From the NCBI GenBank assembly GCA_965205335.1, contig OZ242164.1:640001-704000 (forward strand): DNA of 64,000 nucleotides, given 5' to 3'. Every line of letters starts with the position of its first letter. Within the stretch, counting starts at the first letter, position 1. This document shows positions 19,103 to 28,710 of this stretch, piece by piece. The translations under genes were made by a program, and so were the position numbers. Source of the stretch: Candidatus Woesearchaeota archaeon. Its GTDB lineage: Archaea > Nanobdellota > Nanobdellia > Woesearchaeales > UBA583. The notes below the pieces were generated by a model. That model was not told the DNA's origin and did no database searches. It was given only the letters and a program-made list of their open reading frames with translations.

Positions 19103-19447
19103 ATGAGCAATTACGAAATACTTTCAAAAGAACCAATATCAAACACGCAAGTTAAGAGCATAATCTCTAAAAAAGCAAAAGAAACAGAAGAATTAACATA
19201 TAGAGAAAAGAAAACAAAAGATTACCTAAAAACCTATACTAAATTAAAACTATCAGACTTTAAAAAAGCAAGAGAAGAATTATTAACATTAGAAATCCGA
19301 AGAATTGAAGAAAAACACATAATAAAAATATTAGACATAATGCCTAAAAACGGAACAGAACTTCGTGCTATTGTCTCACACTCAGGCATGGTCTTTGTCG
19401 ATGAAAGTGTTGAAAAAATATTAGAAGTTCTCAAAAAATACAGATAG
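19103..19447 (+). CDS. rpo4: RNA polymerase subunit Rpo4 (RpoF)
   Basis: ELTYREK..DYL, KILDIMPKN..ELRAI; gene context. Confidence 0.88.
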   Translation: MSNYEILSKEPISNTQVKSIISKKAKETEELTYREKKTKDYLKTYTKLKLSDFKKAREELLTLEIRRIEEKHIIKILDIMPKNGTELRAIVSHSGMVFVDESVEKILEVLKKYR

Positions 19448-19507
19448 AACTCCCAATTTTAACAAATATTTATAAATTTCTAAGTCCAAGAATTATAATA
19501 ATAAAAA

Positions 19508-20068
19508 ATGAATGAAGAAGAATCTAAAGAAAAAGGGAAAGAAGAATACGCCATAATATTAGATATTGTTACAGATTCCCCTAACTCATTCAAAAACCAA
19601 GAAATAGCTCAGGCAGTCGGTACTAACTCATACACACTCTTAGAACTCGTTCCAAAACAAGGGGTTATCCTAAAATCAGGACAGAAAGTGTATATAGGAG
19701 ATGGAAAAAGAGATGAAATACAATACATTAAAAGGGCACTCTTTCCAAGCAAACTATCCCCAAGTTCAAAATCAGAATTAATATTTGCAATAACTGATAT
19801 TATATGTGAAAAAGAAAAGGAATTTATAAATTTCTTCAATTCAGCAGGTCCAATCACAATAAGAAAGCACTCTCTTGAACTAATATCAGGAATTGGTAAA
19901 AAACACTTACATGACTTAATATGTGAAAGAGACTCAAAACCATTCTCATCATTTGAAGATATTAAAAAAAGATGTCAATTCATCCCAGACCCTGCCAAAT
20001 CAATTGCCCAAAGAATAGTTGATGAAATTGAAGGAAAAGATGATTTCAAATTCTTTACAAGAAAATAA
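19508..20068 (+). CDS. DUF655 putative RNA-binding protein
   Basis: TLLEL, YIGDGKRD, FFNSAGPITIRKHSLELISGIGKK. Confidence 0.92.
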   Translation: MNEEESKEKGKEEYAIILDIVTDSPNSFKNQEIAQAVGTNSYTLLELVPKQGVILKSGQKVYIGDGKRDEIQYIKRALFPSKLSPSSKSELIFAITDIICEKEKEFINFFNSAGPITIRKHSLELISGIGKKHLHDLICERDSKPFSSFEDIKKRCQFIPDPAKSIAQRIVDEIEGKDDFKFFTRK

Positions 20069-20074
20069 ATCCAA

Positions 20075-21457
20075 CTAACTCTTCCTTCTCTTAGACTTTA
20101 ATCTCAAATACACATAATGCAAAGGATTTTTTGATTTCCTATTTCTAAACTTATTTATATCCTCATCTACTATCTCCTGAGGAACTCCTATCCCGAAATA
20201 ATAATTAGCATTACTAAAATTAGGAGGAGATAAAACCTTGCTTTGAGCCTTAAACCACAACATCTGAGCCATTAGATAATTAGACTTTAAAGGATTGCTC
20301 TGCTTATCATTCCACTCCTTAACAACCTTTTCAACTGTTTCAATATCCCATTTAACTGATGTTAAAAAAGTCATAAGCAAAAACAAAGCTCTCTTTCTCC
20401 CATCCTCAAACTTATTACTTAAAACATACTGAATTGTTCTTGGAAAATCAGAAACTTTAACATCCTCTGTTATCTCAAATGCAAAACCCTCTCCCCTTCC
20501 TTTCAGACTATTCTCATATTCCAAATTCATCTTATCATACATATAATCCTCATCAGAATAAACCCTCTCAAGCAAAACCCTTCCATCCTGCCCATACCCA
20601 GAATCATATCTCAGAAACTCAAATTCCTTATTAGATGAAGGATTTACTATTTGGGGCTTTGCCATATCCTTATCAAACTCCATTACCTTATCCTTATCTA
20701 CTGGAACACTAACAAGCCCTGACTTCTCATTTAAAGAATATGGCATCCTAAACAGATGTCTTGAAGTAATCAAAATAGTATCAATATCTATTACCTTCAT
20801 AAAATTAAACTCATTCCTTTTTTCATTGTGCTCTAAACTCCCTTGAGGAATTGAATACCTCTCACAAATTTGCTTGATTGCCCTAATCCCTCCTCCCTCA
20901 TAATCCAAAATAGCTTTCGAAATCCTTGATTTAAGTTCATGTATTAAAAACAAAACTGTCTTCTTTGCCATATCCGGAAAGAGTAAACGAGTTTGGGAAA
21001 TTCCTGAAACCAAGCCAGGTGCTTCTGGTGGAAAAGCCTCAAAAGGAATTCCAATATGAAAACCTTTATTTCCTGAGAACTTAACTGTAACATTTTTAAT
21101 GCCAATTCCTTCAAAATAATCAAGAATAACTCTTGCAAAAAGTTTTGAATAAATAAAATCCACCCCATCCAAATCAAGAATTAAATCCCAGCCAGTTCTA
21201 TTCTTATTCTTTTCATCTTGGGGTAATCTATCATTTCCCAAAAGAAGAGGATTTGCCCATCTCTCCTCACTGCAATGAAAAGAAAAAACTCCCTTCCTGA
21301 CAAGACTTCTAACATCAGAAACATATTCTATAACATCAGGTCTTTTCCCAAAAAAACCATCAAACATAACACCAATCTCACGATCTTTTGCAAAACTTAA
21401 AATAGCCTTCTCAATTTCAGGTCTGCTATAATAATTCCTTGCAAGGATTTTGTCCAT
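20075..21457 (-). CDS. priS: Single-chain DNA primase (PriS catalytic domain fused to a PriL/PriX-like C-terminal domain)
   Basis: WDLILDLD, FSGNKGFH, RHLFRMPYSLNEKSG; C-terminal DGRKRALF...WN...PL domain. Confidence 0.85.
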   Translation of the reverse strand: MDKILARNYYSRPEIEKAILSFAKDREIGVMFDGFFGKRPDVIEYVSDVRSLVRKGVFSFHCSEERWANPLLLGNDRLPQDEKNKNRTGWDLILDLDGVDFIYSKLFARVILDYFEGIGIKNVTVKFSGNKGFHIGIPFEAFPPEAPGLVSGISQTRLLFPDMAKKTVLFLIHELKSRISKAILDYEGGGIRAIKQICERYSIPQGSLEHNEKRNEFNFMKVIDIDTILITSRHLFRMPYSLNEKSGLVSVPVDKDKVMEFDKDMAKPQIVNPSSNKEFEFLRYDSGYGQDGRVLLERVYSDEDYMYDKMNLEYENSLKGRGEGFAFEITEDVKVSDFPRTIQYVLSNKFEDGRKRALFLLMTFLTSVKWDIETVEKVVKEWNDKQSNPLKSNYLMAQMLWFKAQSKVLSPPNFSNANYYFGIGVPQEIVDEDINKFRNRKSKNPLHYVYLRLKSKRRKS

Positions 21458-21581
21458 ACAAAAATCTGCAATCCCATATTTAAATACTTTATTTATTTCC
21501 TACTCAAATCAACCACAATTTCTTCTAACCGCAAAACCAAAAAAGCACAAAAAATATAAATAAGTGAAAAGTTAAGTATGC

Positions 21582-21925
21582 ATGGCATATACTTATAAAT
21601 TAAAGAACAAGCGAAAAACTGTTTATGTGGGTGTCTCTAAAAGCCCAAAGAAAAGAGCAGTTCAGCATAAAAATGATGGCAAAAAGTTCACAAGTGCTAA
21701 AGTGACTTCAAAAAATTTGCCAAGAAAAAAGGCAGAAGCAAAGGAAACAAGAGATTTAGAAAAACACATGGCAGAAATCCTAAATATAACAAAACATTGA
21801 CCGGAAAAGGGAGAGAAATAAAAGGAAAGTGTCATTACCGAATTAGTGATAAAGGGGTAAAAGAGAATGCCTCAGAAGTGATTAATAGAAACAAAACACT
21901 TCTAAAAAGACTAGCAAAACTATAA
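21582..21925 (+). pseudogene. Small GIY-YIG nuclease, frameshifted near 21755, running into an antitoxin-like tail
   Basis: YTYKL...VYVG...KRAVQH; shifted frame gives FRKTHGRNPKYNKT and ends NKTLLKRLAKL* just before the Doc gene. Confidence 0.6.
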
Positions 21926-21927
21926 AT

Positions 21928-22314
21928 ATGAGAATTTCCAAACTTTCTTTTGAAACAATAGTAAAAGTTCATAATGAAATAATTAGAGAAAGTGGAGGAG
22001 AATATGGTGTTTTAAATCCCTCTGCCCTACTCTTTGCTTTAGACCACATAAGTTATAACAATTCAGAAAATAAATTTTATCATAATATTTTTTTATTATG
22101 TAGGAATATAATTTCCCAACATCCATTTATAGATGGAAATAAGAGAACTGGACTTATGATAGTAGAAATCATTCTAAATGATAACAACTTAAGACTAAAA
22201 ATTACCTAAAAACAAAAAGAACTATTTGTTTTAGATGTAGCTCAAGGAAGATTTGACGATTTACAAAGTTTATCTGATTTTTTTATGAAAAATATATCCA
22301 AAAAGTACAAATAA
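21928..22314 (+). pseudogene. Doc/Fic toxin with premature stop at 22207-22209
   Basis: HPFIDGNKRTG Fic motif; frame continues KQKELFVLDVAQG...KYK* after the TAA. Confidence 0.85.
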
Positions 22315-22319
22315 AAACT

Positions 22320-23282
22320 TCACTCAACCTTGAAAATCTCCAATGCATCAATTCTCTTATCCAAACCCTCAATCTCTTTTCTCAAATCCTCCAACTCATC
22401 AGAATCACTTGTTACAATATTTAAAAAAAACTCCTCAGAACTAAGACTCTTAATCGCCCTAACTATCCTCTCATTTGAACGCAAAAAAGATGTAATTTTC
22501 AACTCAGTCTCCTTATCCAAAAACTGAAACCTTAATATTGCCGCATACTGATTTAAACCCAACTTATTAAAATTAATAACTGGAATTATCTCTCCTAAAA
22601 TTCCCTGCTCACGCATCCTATCAATCCTGTACTTTACAGTATCCGAACTAATATTTAACCTCTTTGCAATTCCTTTGTACTGAGTTCTTGCATCCGACTC
22701 TAACTGATTAATAATCTCTCTGTCCTTCTCATCCATCTGTACAATATCCCCTGTCTTAATAACCTTAAAATCATTATCTCTCGTATACTCCTCATCAAAC
22801 ACCTCTCTTGCAAGAGTTTCCCTCTGCGACTCCTTTACCTCCTCAGAACTGATAATAGTATAATAATTTGCCAAAACATCTGAAAACTTCTCAAGAATCT
22901 CTGAAAGCTTCAACTTAAACTCATCAACAGACTCCGCATACAACCTTACAATCAAATCCCATCCCTTTTGAGACTTAACAATCCATATAAGATACTTATT
23001 CCCAATATTTTCCCTGATAAACTTCTCCTTAGAAACCTCATCATCCAAATTCAACTTAAGAAAAATAATATACTCCTGATAATGAAGTGCCTTCTCATTA
23101 AGCTTTGGCACAAACTTAACAATCAAATTCTCCTTAATCAATCTCTTTATTCTATAATTAACAATCTCCCTACCCAAATCAATTTCCTTAGAAATACTTG
23201 AAGAACTTGCCCTGCCATCCTCAAGCAATCTCTTTAAAATAAGCACATCTTTCTCTGTAATAATAGAATTCTTCCTGTCCAT
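22320..23282 (-). CDS. Tandem Lrp/AsnC family transcriptional regulator
   Basis: Two HTH-RAM units (ILKRLLEDGR..VNYRIKRL; IINQLESDAR..VKYRIDRM). Confidence 0.92.
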   Translation of the reverse strand: MDRKNSIITEKDVLILKRLLEDGRASSSSISKEIDLGREIVNYRIKRLIKENLIVKFVPKLNEKALHYQEYIIFLKLNLDDEVSKEKFIRENIGNKYLIWIVKSQKGWDLIVRLYAESVDEFKLKLSEILEKFSDVLANYYTIISSEEVKESQRETLAREVFDEEYTRDNDFKVIKTGDIVQMDEKDREIINQLESDARTQYKGIAKRLNISSDTVKYRIDRMREQGILGEIIPVINFNKLGLNQYAAILRFQFLDKETELKITSFLRSNERIVRAIKSLSSEEFFLNIVTSDSDELEDLRKEIEGLDKRIDALEIFKVE

Positions 23283-23472
23283 CCTATCAAATATTTAGAG
23301 AATTTTATTTATAAACCCTTCTATATACCACCAAATAAACAATTCAACTTCAAAACAAAAGAACAATAAAAAACTACTCACAATAAACCAACTCACATTA
23401 CATCTTTGCCACAAAACCTCTGCCCTACCCTCCCATTCACTTTTTTACCTTCTTAACTAACCCTTCAAAACT

Positions 23473-23480
23473 TTTATAAA
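23473..23480 (+). promoter_or_regulatory. TATA box of the SRP RNA gene
   Basis: TTTATAAA about 23-30 nt upstream of the predicted RNA 5' end. Confidence 0.7.
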
Positions 23481-23502
23481 AACAAAAATCTTAACTTCTA
23501 CA

Positions 23503-23651
23503 AGGCCAGTCCTGACAGATAAGGTAGAAGCTCTGCCTCCTATGGCTTATTTTTAAGTGAACTGTGTCAGATGGGGAACCAAGCATCACTAAACTTATCT
23601 CTGAGTGCTTAGGAATCGTGGGGTGGACGATGCTGACAGGGTAGCTGGCCT
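23503..23651 (+). ncRNA. ffs: Signal recognition particle RNA, minimal (~149 nt)
   Basis: GC-enriched island; termini AGGCCAG/CTGGCCT pair; helix-8 signature GUGAAC-UGUGUCAGA-UGG-GGAA-CCA-AGCA. Confidence 0.88.
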
Positions 23652-23749
23652 AACTTAAAAATTCTAAACTCACACATCACAGACCTTAAACAAATTTATC
23701 TCTACTAAAATAACAAAACAATTACACAAAAAATTACAAAAAGAAAAAA

Positions 23750-24490
23750 TTATCTCTTAAACAAACCACCTAAATCACTTGGCAAAAATATAAATTTCTG
23801 AGAAGCATCCGATGAAATATCATTAATTGTCTGAAGAGTTCTCAACTGCATTGCTCCTGGATACTTACTTAACATTGAAGCCGCCTTTGCTAAATTCTGT
23901 GAAGCCTGAACTTCTCCTTCTGACTTGATAATAATTCCTCTTCTCTCTCTTTCAGCTTCTGCTTCTCTTGCCATAACCCTCTTCATATCCTCTGGCAGTT
24001 CAATATGCTTTAACTCTACTCTATCAACCCGCAATCCCCAACTATCAGAAGCCTTATCAATTATAGTCCTGATTTTATCAGAAATTGAATCTCTGTTTGC
24101 AAGCAACTGATCCAAAGTTACCTCACCAACCACATCTCTCATTGTTGTCTGAGACAACTGAGAAATAGCATAATAAAAATCCTCCACATCAAGAATTGAC
24201 TTCTTCACATCAAACACATAATAATACGTTACAGCATCAACATTCATAGACACATTATCCTTTGTAATACAATCCTGTTTTGGAACATCAACTGTCTTAA
24301 CACGAATATCCACTCTCTCATACGACTGAAAAATCGGAATTACAACATTTAATCCCGGACTCATAATTGATGAGAACCTCCCTAAAGTAAACTTAATCCC
24401 TCTCTCATACTCAAGTATAATCTTAATACCAGATAAAATGAAAAGGACAATTACTACAATAATAAATATAATTATACCATCCATAGCCAT
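23750..24490 (-). CDS. SPFH/stomatin-like (slipin) membrane protein
   Basis: VPKQDCITKDNV, QTTMRDVVG, AEAERERR, AMQLRTLQT. Confidence 0.95.
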   Translation of the reverse strand: MAMDGIIIFIIVVIVLFILSGIKIILEYERGIKFTLGRFSSIMSPGLNVVIPIFQSYERVDIRVKTVDVPKQDCITKDNVSMNVDAVTYYYVFDVKKSILDVEDFYYAISQLSQTTMRDVVGEVTLDQLLANRDSISDKIRTIIDKASDSWGLRVDRVELKHIELPEDMKRVMAREAEAERERRGIIIKSEGEVQASQNLAKAASMLSKYPGAMQLRTLQTINDISSDASQKFIFLPSDLGGLFKR

Positions 24491-24536
24491 TGTAAAATAC
24501 TTGGATTATAATTATTTATAAACTTTATGTGTTCAA

Positions 24537-24664
24537 GGCTCTGTCCGGAAATTGCTTTTTCCAAAATCTATGCTAACTATATTCAATCAAAGAAAGAAAT
24601 TATTCGTCAAAAGTTGCTTTATTGATACAATATTTTAAGTTCTCTTGAATTTCCGGACAGAGCC
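24537..24664 (+). mobile_element. 128-bp MITE, copy 1
   Basis: Perfect 17-bp TIR GGCTCTGTCCGGAAATT; TSD GTGTTCAA at 24529-24536 and 24665-24672. Confidence 0.95.
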
Positions 24665-24672
24665 GTGTTCAA

Positions 24673-25487
24673 GGTTCTGTTCAATTTGAGAGGGATATAT
24701 AATTTTTATAACAAAATATAAAAAGACTAAGTCAATATTATTTGGAGTAACGGGATTATTATTTTTAGGAGGTTGTGAACCACAAACAAAAGGGGAACAA
24801 GTTTTTGAAAGTAGAGGCTCTAATATTACTGATGGGAAAGCAATGATTTATGAGGAAGATGGAAACATAGAACAACCTGAAGACTTGGAGAACAAACAAA
24901 ATAAGGAAGAAAAAGAAAAAATATATTATGATGATTATGGAAATGTTGAAAGAGTAGAATATGGAATATTTAATAGGTATGGAGAATTAGAAGGAGAAGG
25001 AAATATAACATATTACTATGAGAATGGAAATATAAAGGAAGTAAGAGAAGGAACATTTAAAGATGGTTATATTGAAGGAGTAAAAATAACAAAATACTAT
25101 GAGAATGGAAATATATTGTATGTAGGAGAAAGAGCATTTTATGGGTTTGAAAAATTAAGTGGAGAAGGAATAAGTACGTATTATTATAAGAATGGAAATA
25201 AAATGGAAGTAATAGAAGTAGCATTAAATATATTTGGAGGCTTAGAAGGAGAAGGAAAAGTAACAGTTTACTATGAGAATGGAAATATAAAGAAAGTAAT
25301 AGAAGGAACATTAAGAGGTGGAGCATTATCAAAAAGAGGAGATGGTAAGGGTACACTTTATGATGAAGATGGGAATATGATGATGTTTAAGGAATATAGA
25401 AAGGGGATATTAATTAATGAAACAAATTATTAATAAAGATATATTCTGGGAGTTAATTATTAACTACCCCTAAAAACAACCAGTACC
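24673..25487. mobile_element. Older cargo cassette carrying a MORN-like lipoprotein gene
   Basis: Ends GGTTCTG...CAGTACC; flanked by (T)GTGTTCAA direct repeats. Confidence 0.6.
24843..25433 (+). CDS. MORN/YwqK-like repeat lipoprotein; frame extends upstream to ~24708
   Basis: YYENGNIK...G...G.G repeats; the in-frame upstream sequence TKYKKTKSILFGVTGLLFLGGC (lipobox) has only ATA as a candidate start. Confidence 0.8.
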   Translation: MIYEEDGNIEQPEDLENKQNKEEKEKIYYDDYGNVERVEYGIFNRYGELEGEGNITYYYENGNIKEVREGTFKDGYIEGVKITKYYENGNILYVGERAFYGFEKLSGEGISTYYYKNGNKMEVIEVALNIFGGLEGEGKVTVYYENGNIKKVIEGTLRGGALSKRGDGKGTLYDEDGNMMMFKEYRKGILINETNY

Positions 25488-25496
25488 TGTGTTCAA

Positions 25497-25624
25497 GGCT
25501 CTGTCCATAAATTCAAGAGAACTTAAAATATTGTATCAATAAAGCAACTTTTGATAAATAATTTCTTTCTTTGATTGGATATATTTAGCATAGATTTTGG
25601 AAAAAACAATTTATGGACAGAGCC
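25497..25624 (-). mobile_element. 128-bp MITE, copy 2 (inverted)
   Basis: Perfect 17-bp TIR GGCTCTGTCCATAAATT; TSD GTGTTCAA at 25489-25496 and 25625-25632. Confidence 0.95.
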
Positions 25625-25633
25625 GTGTTCAAT

Positions 25634-26110
25634 CTAAATTAATATTATTACAGCCATAACTATCATAACAAGATTCTCAATAATTGTAACATAACTTAAA
25701 GGAACCTTAAAAACAACTCCTAAACAAGCACACTCTAAAATAACTCCCTTTCTAAGCTTGCCAAAAATCCCAATTGTTGTCGATGACAATACAATAATTG
25801 TTATCAAACTTAGAATTTCTATATGATATTCTAACAAAAATAAAACTCCTAAAACAAATTCTATAAAAGGATAAACATAACCATAAAAAACAAAATTCTT
25901 GGAAATTAAATCATATTTTGAAAAACTCTCCTTAAATTTTTTTAAATGTATTACCTTAAAAAATGAAAAGAGTATAAAAAATAATCCCATAAAAATAACC
26001 ATAAAATTTCTTTGACTAACAAATGATACTAAACAACTAATAACAAAAATATACAATAAAAAAATCAGTACAATCCTATATTTAGAAATCAATTCTAACA
26101 AGTTTTTCAT
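25634..26110 (-). CDS. MauE/DoxX-like membrane protein
   Basis: FMGLFF..FSFFK, YDL, YPFIE, ECACLG, IEN. Confidence 0.8.
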   Translation of the reverse strand: MKNLLELISKYRIVLIFLLYIFVISCLVSFVSQRNFMVIFMGLFFILFSFFKVIHLKKFKESFSKYDLISKNFVFYGYVYPFIEFVLGVLFLLEYHIEILSLITIIVLSSTTIGIFGKLRKGVILECACLGVVFKVPLSYVTIIENLVMIVMAVIILI

Positions 26111-26316
26111 AATATTAGTTTATATTCTCTTTTTTATAAAATTTCTCTTTCAAAAAATCTTAAATATTCTCAAAATATAAATTCATATGATTTAAACTTT
26201 ACATAACTATACTATGTGGAATAGTATTCTGTAATCTTTCAATAGGTAAAATTTCTATATTAAATAACTTCTAAGTTTACCTAACATTTTATAAACAATT
26301 AAATCAGTTAAATCAT

Positions 26317-27267
26317 ATGGAAGATATTGAATACTGTGCTCCAAAGAAGAAAGAATGGATTGATATGGGGTATGTGGTTTTAGCCCTTTCATTTATGTTT
26401 GCCTTTAGCTTTACACGTTTTAATGATGACACTAACACCGCCTTTGCTCAGGCATTTATTACATTCTTCGTTTTCCTTGCAGTTCTATTTGTATCAAGAC
26501 AAATCTTCATGAAATACTATGCTCTTCTAAATGGCTTTGAAATAAGATTTAATCAGTCAATATTTAACAGATACGGATTTGCATCCTACGATACATTATC
26601 TTATTGGGCACATGAGGCTGAAAAGAAAGTAGGTGAAACCACTTTAGATATTTATGGAAAAGTTAAAAAAAAAACCAAACCTCCCAAGTACAACTTTCAT
26701 AAATTAGAAGGTATTGGTGCATCTATAATTAGTTTATTCATTTATTTATTGACATTAGGTTTTATCATTTACCCAAATATATGGTCTTATAAATTTAAAA
26801 CAATCCCTCATAGATTTGTAGGAACACAAAAAAGATACGAAGTACACATGAGAACATATTTATTTAACGTTGAAGTTACAGATTACCGTAAGAGCCTAAT
26901 ATACATGGCAGGGTTCATATACTATTTCATTTTCGGATATTTACTTAAAGCTTTCTTAGGTGGAACAGGAGAATTTTACCTCTGGTTTGTCTTTGCCTTA
27001 TACTGGATTGCTCTTATCACACTAATTCCAATTCCTGGTTCTGAAGGCTTTGAATTCTGGAGAAGAAATGCTCTTGCATGGATACTAACTCTAACTATCT
27101 TAATTACGGGAATGATTTCACTGCTTGTTTTAAAAAGTTTCTGGTATGTGATTTTATCTGTGCTTTTGGCTTTCTTAATTGTTTTATTCACAAGACTTTG
27201 GAGAAGTCTAATGAAAAAAGAAAGTCTTAGTGAAAGAGGAGAGTGGAAACATCCTAAAAGATACTAA
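26317..27267 (+). CDS. Membrane protein, degenerate M50 (site-2 protease)-like
   Basis: Multiple TMs; LIPIPGSEG resembles NxxPxxxLDG; no HExxH. Confidence 0.55.
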   Translation: MEDIEYCAPKKKEWIDMGYVVLALSFMFAFSFTRFNDDTNTAFAQAFITFFVFLAVLFVSRQIFMKYYALLNGFEIRFNQSIFNRYGFASYDTLSYWAHEAEKKVGETTLDIYGKVKKKTKPPKYNFHKLEGIGASIISLFIYLLTLGFIIYPNIWSYKFKTIPHRFVGTQKRYEVHMRTYLFNVEVTDYRKSLIYMAGFIYYFIFGYLLKAFLGGTGEFYLWFVFALYWIALITLIPIPGSEGFEFWRRNALAWILTLTILITGMISLLVLKSFWYVILSVLLAFLIVLFTRLWRSLMKKESLSERGEWKHPKRY

Positions 27268-27273
27268 CTAAAG

Positions 27274-27792
27274 ATGAAAAAAACTCAAATATCAACTCAG
27301 ACAATATTTTATATATTTATGGCAATAATTTTTGTAGCCATACTATTCTTTGGGTATCAAAAAATAACTGCTGTTAGTGAAGTAATATCTGAGCAGGAAA
27401 GATTAGAAATAATAGATGAATTAGAAGATGCTTTTGGGTATTGCAATGACCCACTAAATCAAGGAGGAAGAAGAAAATTAGAAATTCCAAGCGATAAATT
27501 CAATTACATATGTATATTTGATGGAGAATTTCCTAACAACACTACATCAAATCCAGAACTATACAGCCAGATTGGTGGAGAAGGTAGTGATCTCTATAAC
27601 GAAGTCAAGTTATTAAATAAAACAGGACATAATGTTGGATTATTCAAATTAGGAATTGGTTCTGAGGGTAAACTTAACACTGAGGATTTTAGGACAATTG
27701 ATTCATTTCATGTTGATTCAGATGGAAACTTTGGACATTGCTTTGGTGAAATTAATAACTCTGGCTCAGTTATTATTGATTTCAATTGCTAA
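27274..27792 (+). CDS. Pilin-like protein with class III signal peptide
   Basis: MKKTQ followed by a hydrophobic helix (ISTQTIFYIFMAIIFVAILFFGY). Confidence 0.65.
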   Translation: MKKTQISTQTIFYIFMAIIFVAILFFGYQKITAVSEVISEQERLEIIDELEDAFGYCNDPLNQGGRRKLEIPSDKFNYICIFDGEFPNNTTSNPELYSQIGGEGSDLYNEVKLLNKTGHNVGLFKLGIGSEGKLNTEDFRTIDSFHVDSDGNFGHCFGEINNSGSVIIDFNC

Positions 27793-27920
27793 TGTCATCA
27801 TGAATATAATAATCCTAATCTCTCTTTTTAACCAAAAGTACCAATGCAATTGACCAGATTACTTCCAAAAACCTAATTCACAGTAAAAATATTTTTAAAT
27901 AAACTTGTTTTACAAAATAT

Positions 27921-28151
27921 ATGGATGACAACTCTGCTAAAACTCAAGCAAAAGAAATAATGGATAAATTTATGAATGCTATGTCTGATATTTCAGTTGA
28001 AGAAGAATTTATCCTGAAAAGAAACAAATGCTTTAGAGAAGATAGAATGGGATGTGAAACTGATGAAGACTTCAGACAAAGATTTCTATCAAACGCAAAA
28101 AAGACATCAAAAAATGCAATACTTACAAACAAAGGAGACTGGGAAAAATGA
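27921..28151 (+). CDS. GatC-like small protein
   Basis: AKEIMDKF...FRED...FRQRFLSNA...KGDW pattern of archaeal GatC. Confidence 0.55.
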   Translation: MDDNSAKTQAKEIMDKFMNAMSDISVEEEFILKRNKCFREDRMGCETDEDFRQRFLSNAKKTSKNAILTNKGDWEK

Positions 28152-28708
28152 AACACAAAAGAGAACAAATATCAAAAAAAAGAAACACAAGTGATTTAAA
28201 TAAGAAATATATGGCGCTCACTATAATGATTTTAATGATACTATCAGTTGTAGCATTTGCATTCATATCAAGCACAGGAAGTGGAAACAACTCACAAAAC
28301 TCAGGTAGAGATATCTCTTTGGGATTAAATTACAGAGATGAACAGGGAAATACATACTACGGAGCAAGAATAAACGAAGAAGAATTCATTTTCATAGAAG
28401 GTATTGAAGGCTTTGAAGGAATTGAAAGTTCAAGACAACTTGCGGAAAGAATTAAAACAAAAAAAATATTAAAAATCTACATTGACGAAAACTTCACATC
28501 AGGAGATGCAGTTTACCTAATTGAAAAATCACTTAACGCTCTTGAAATAACTCACACTAGGATAAATGAATTAAGTTGCGATTCAGAAACATTAGTTATA
28601 ACAAACAAAAGAGATTTTGAAGGAGAATGCCTTGTCTTTGAATCTCCAAAAGGAGAAGAAAACTATTTATCTCAAGCCTTAGTATATCATCTCATAAAAG
28701 ATTACTAA
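28148..28708 (+). CDS. Membrane-anchored hypothetical protein
   Basis: Basic N-terminus plus a single TM helix. Confidence 0.7.
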   Translation: MKHKREQISKKRNTSDLNKKYMALTIMILMILSVVAFAFISSTGSGNNSQNSGRDISLGLNYRDEQGNTYYGARINEEEFIFIEGIEGFEGIESSRQLAERIKTKKILKIYIDENFTSGDAVYLIEKSLNALEITHTRINELSCDSETLVITNKRDFEGECLVFESPKGEENYLSQALVYHLIKDY

Positions 28709-28710
28709 CG

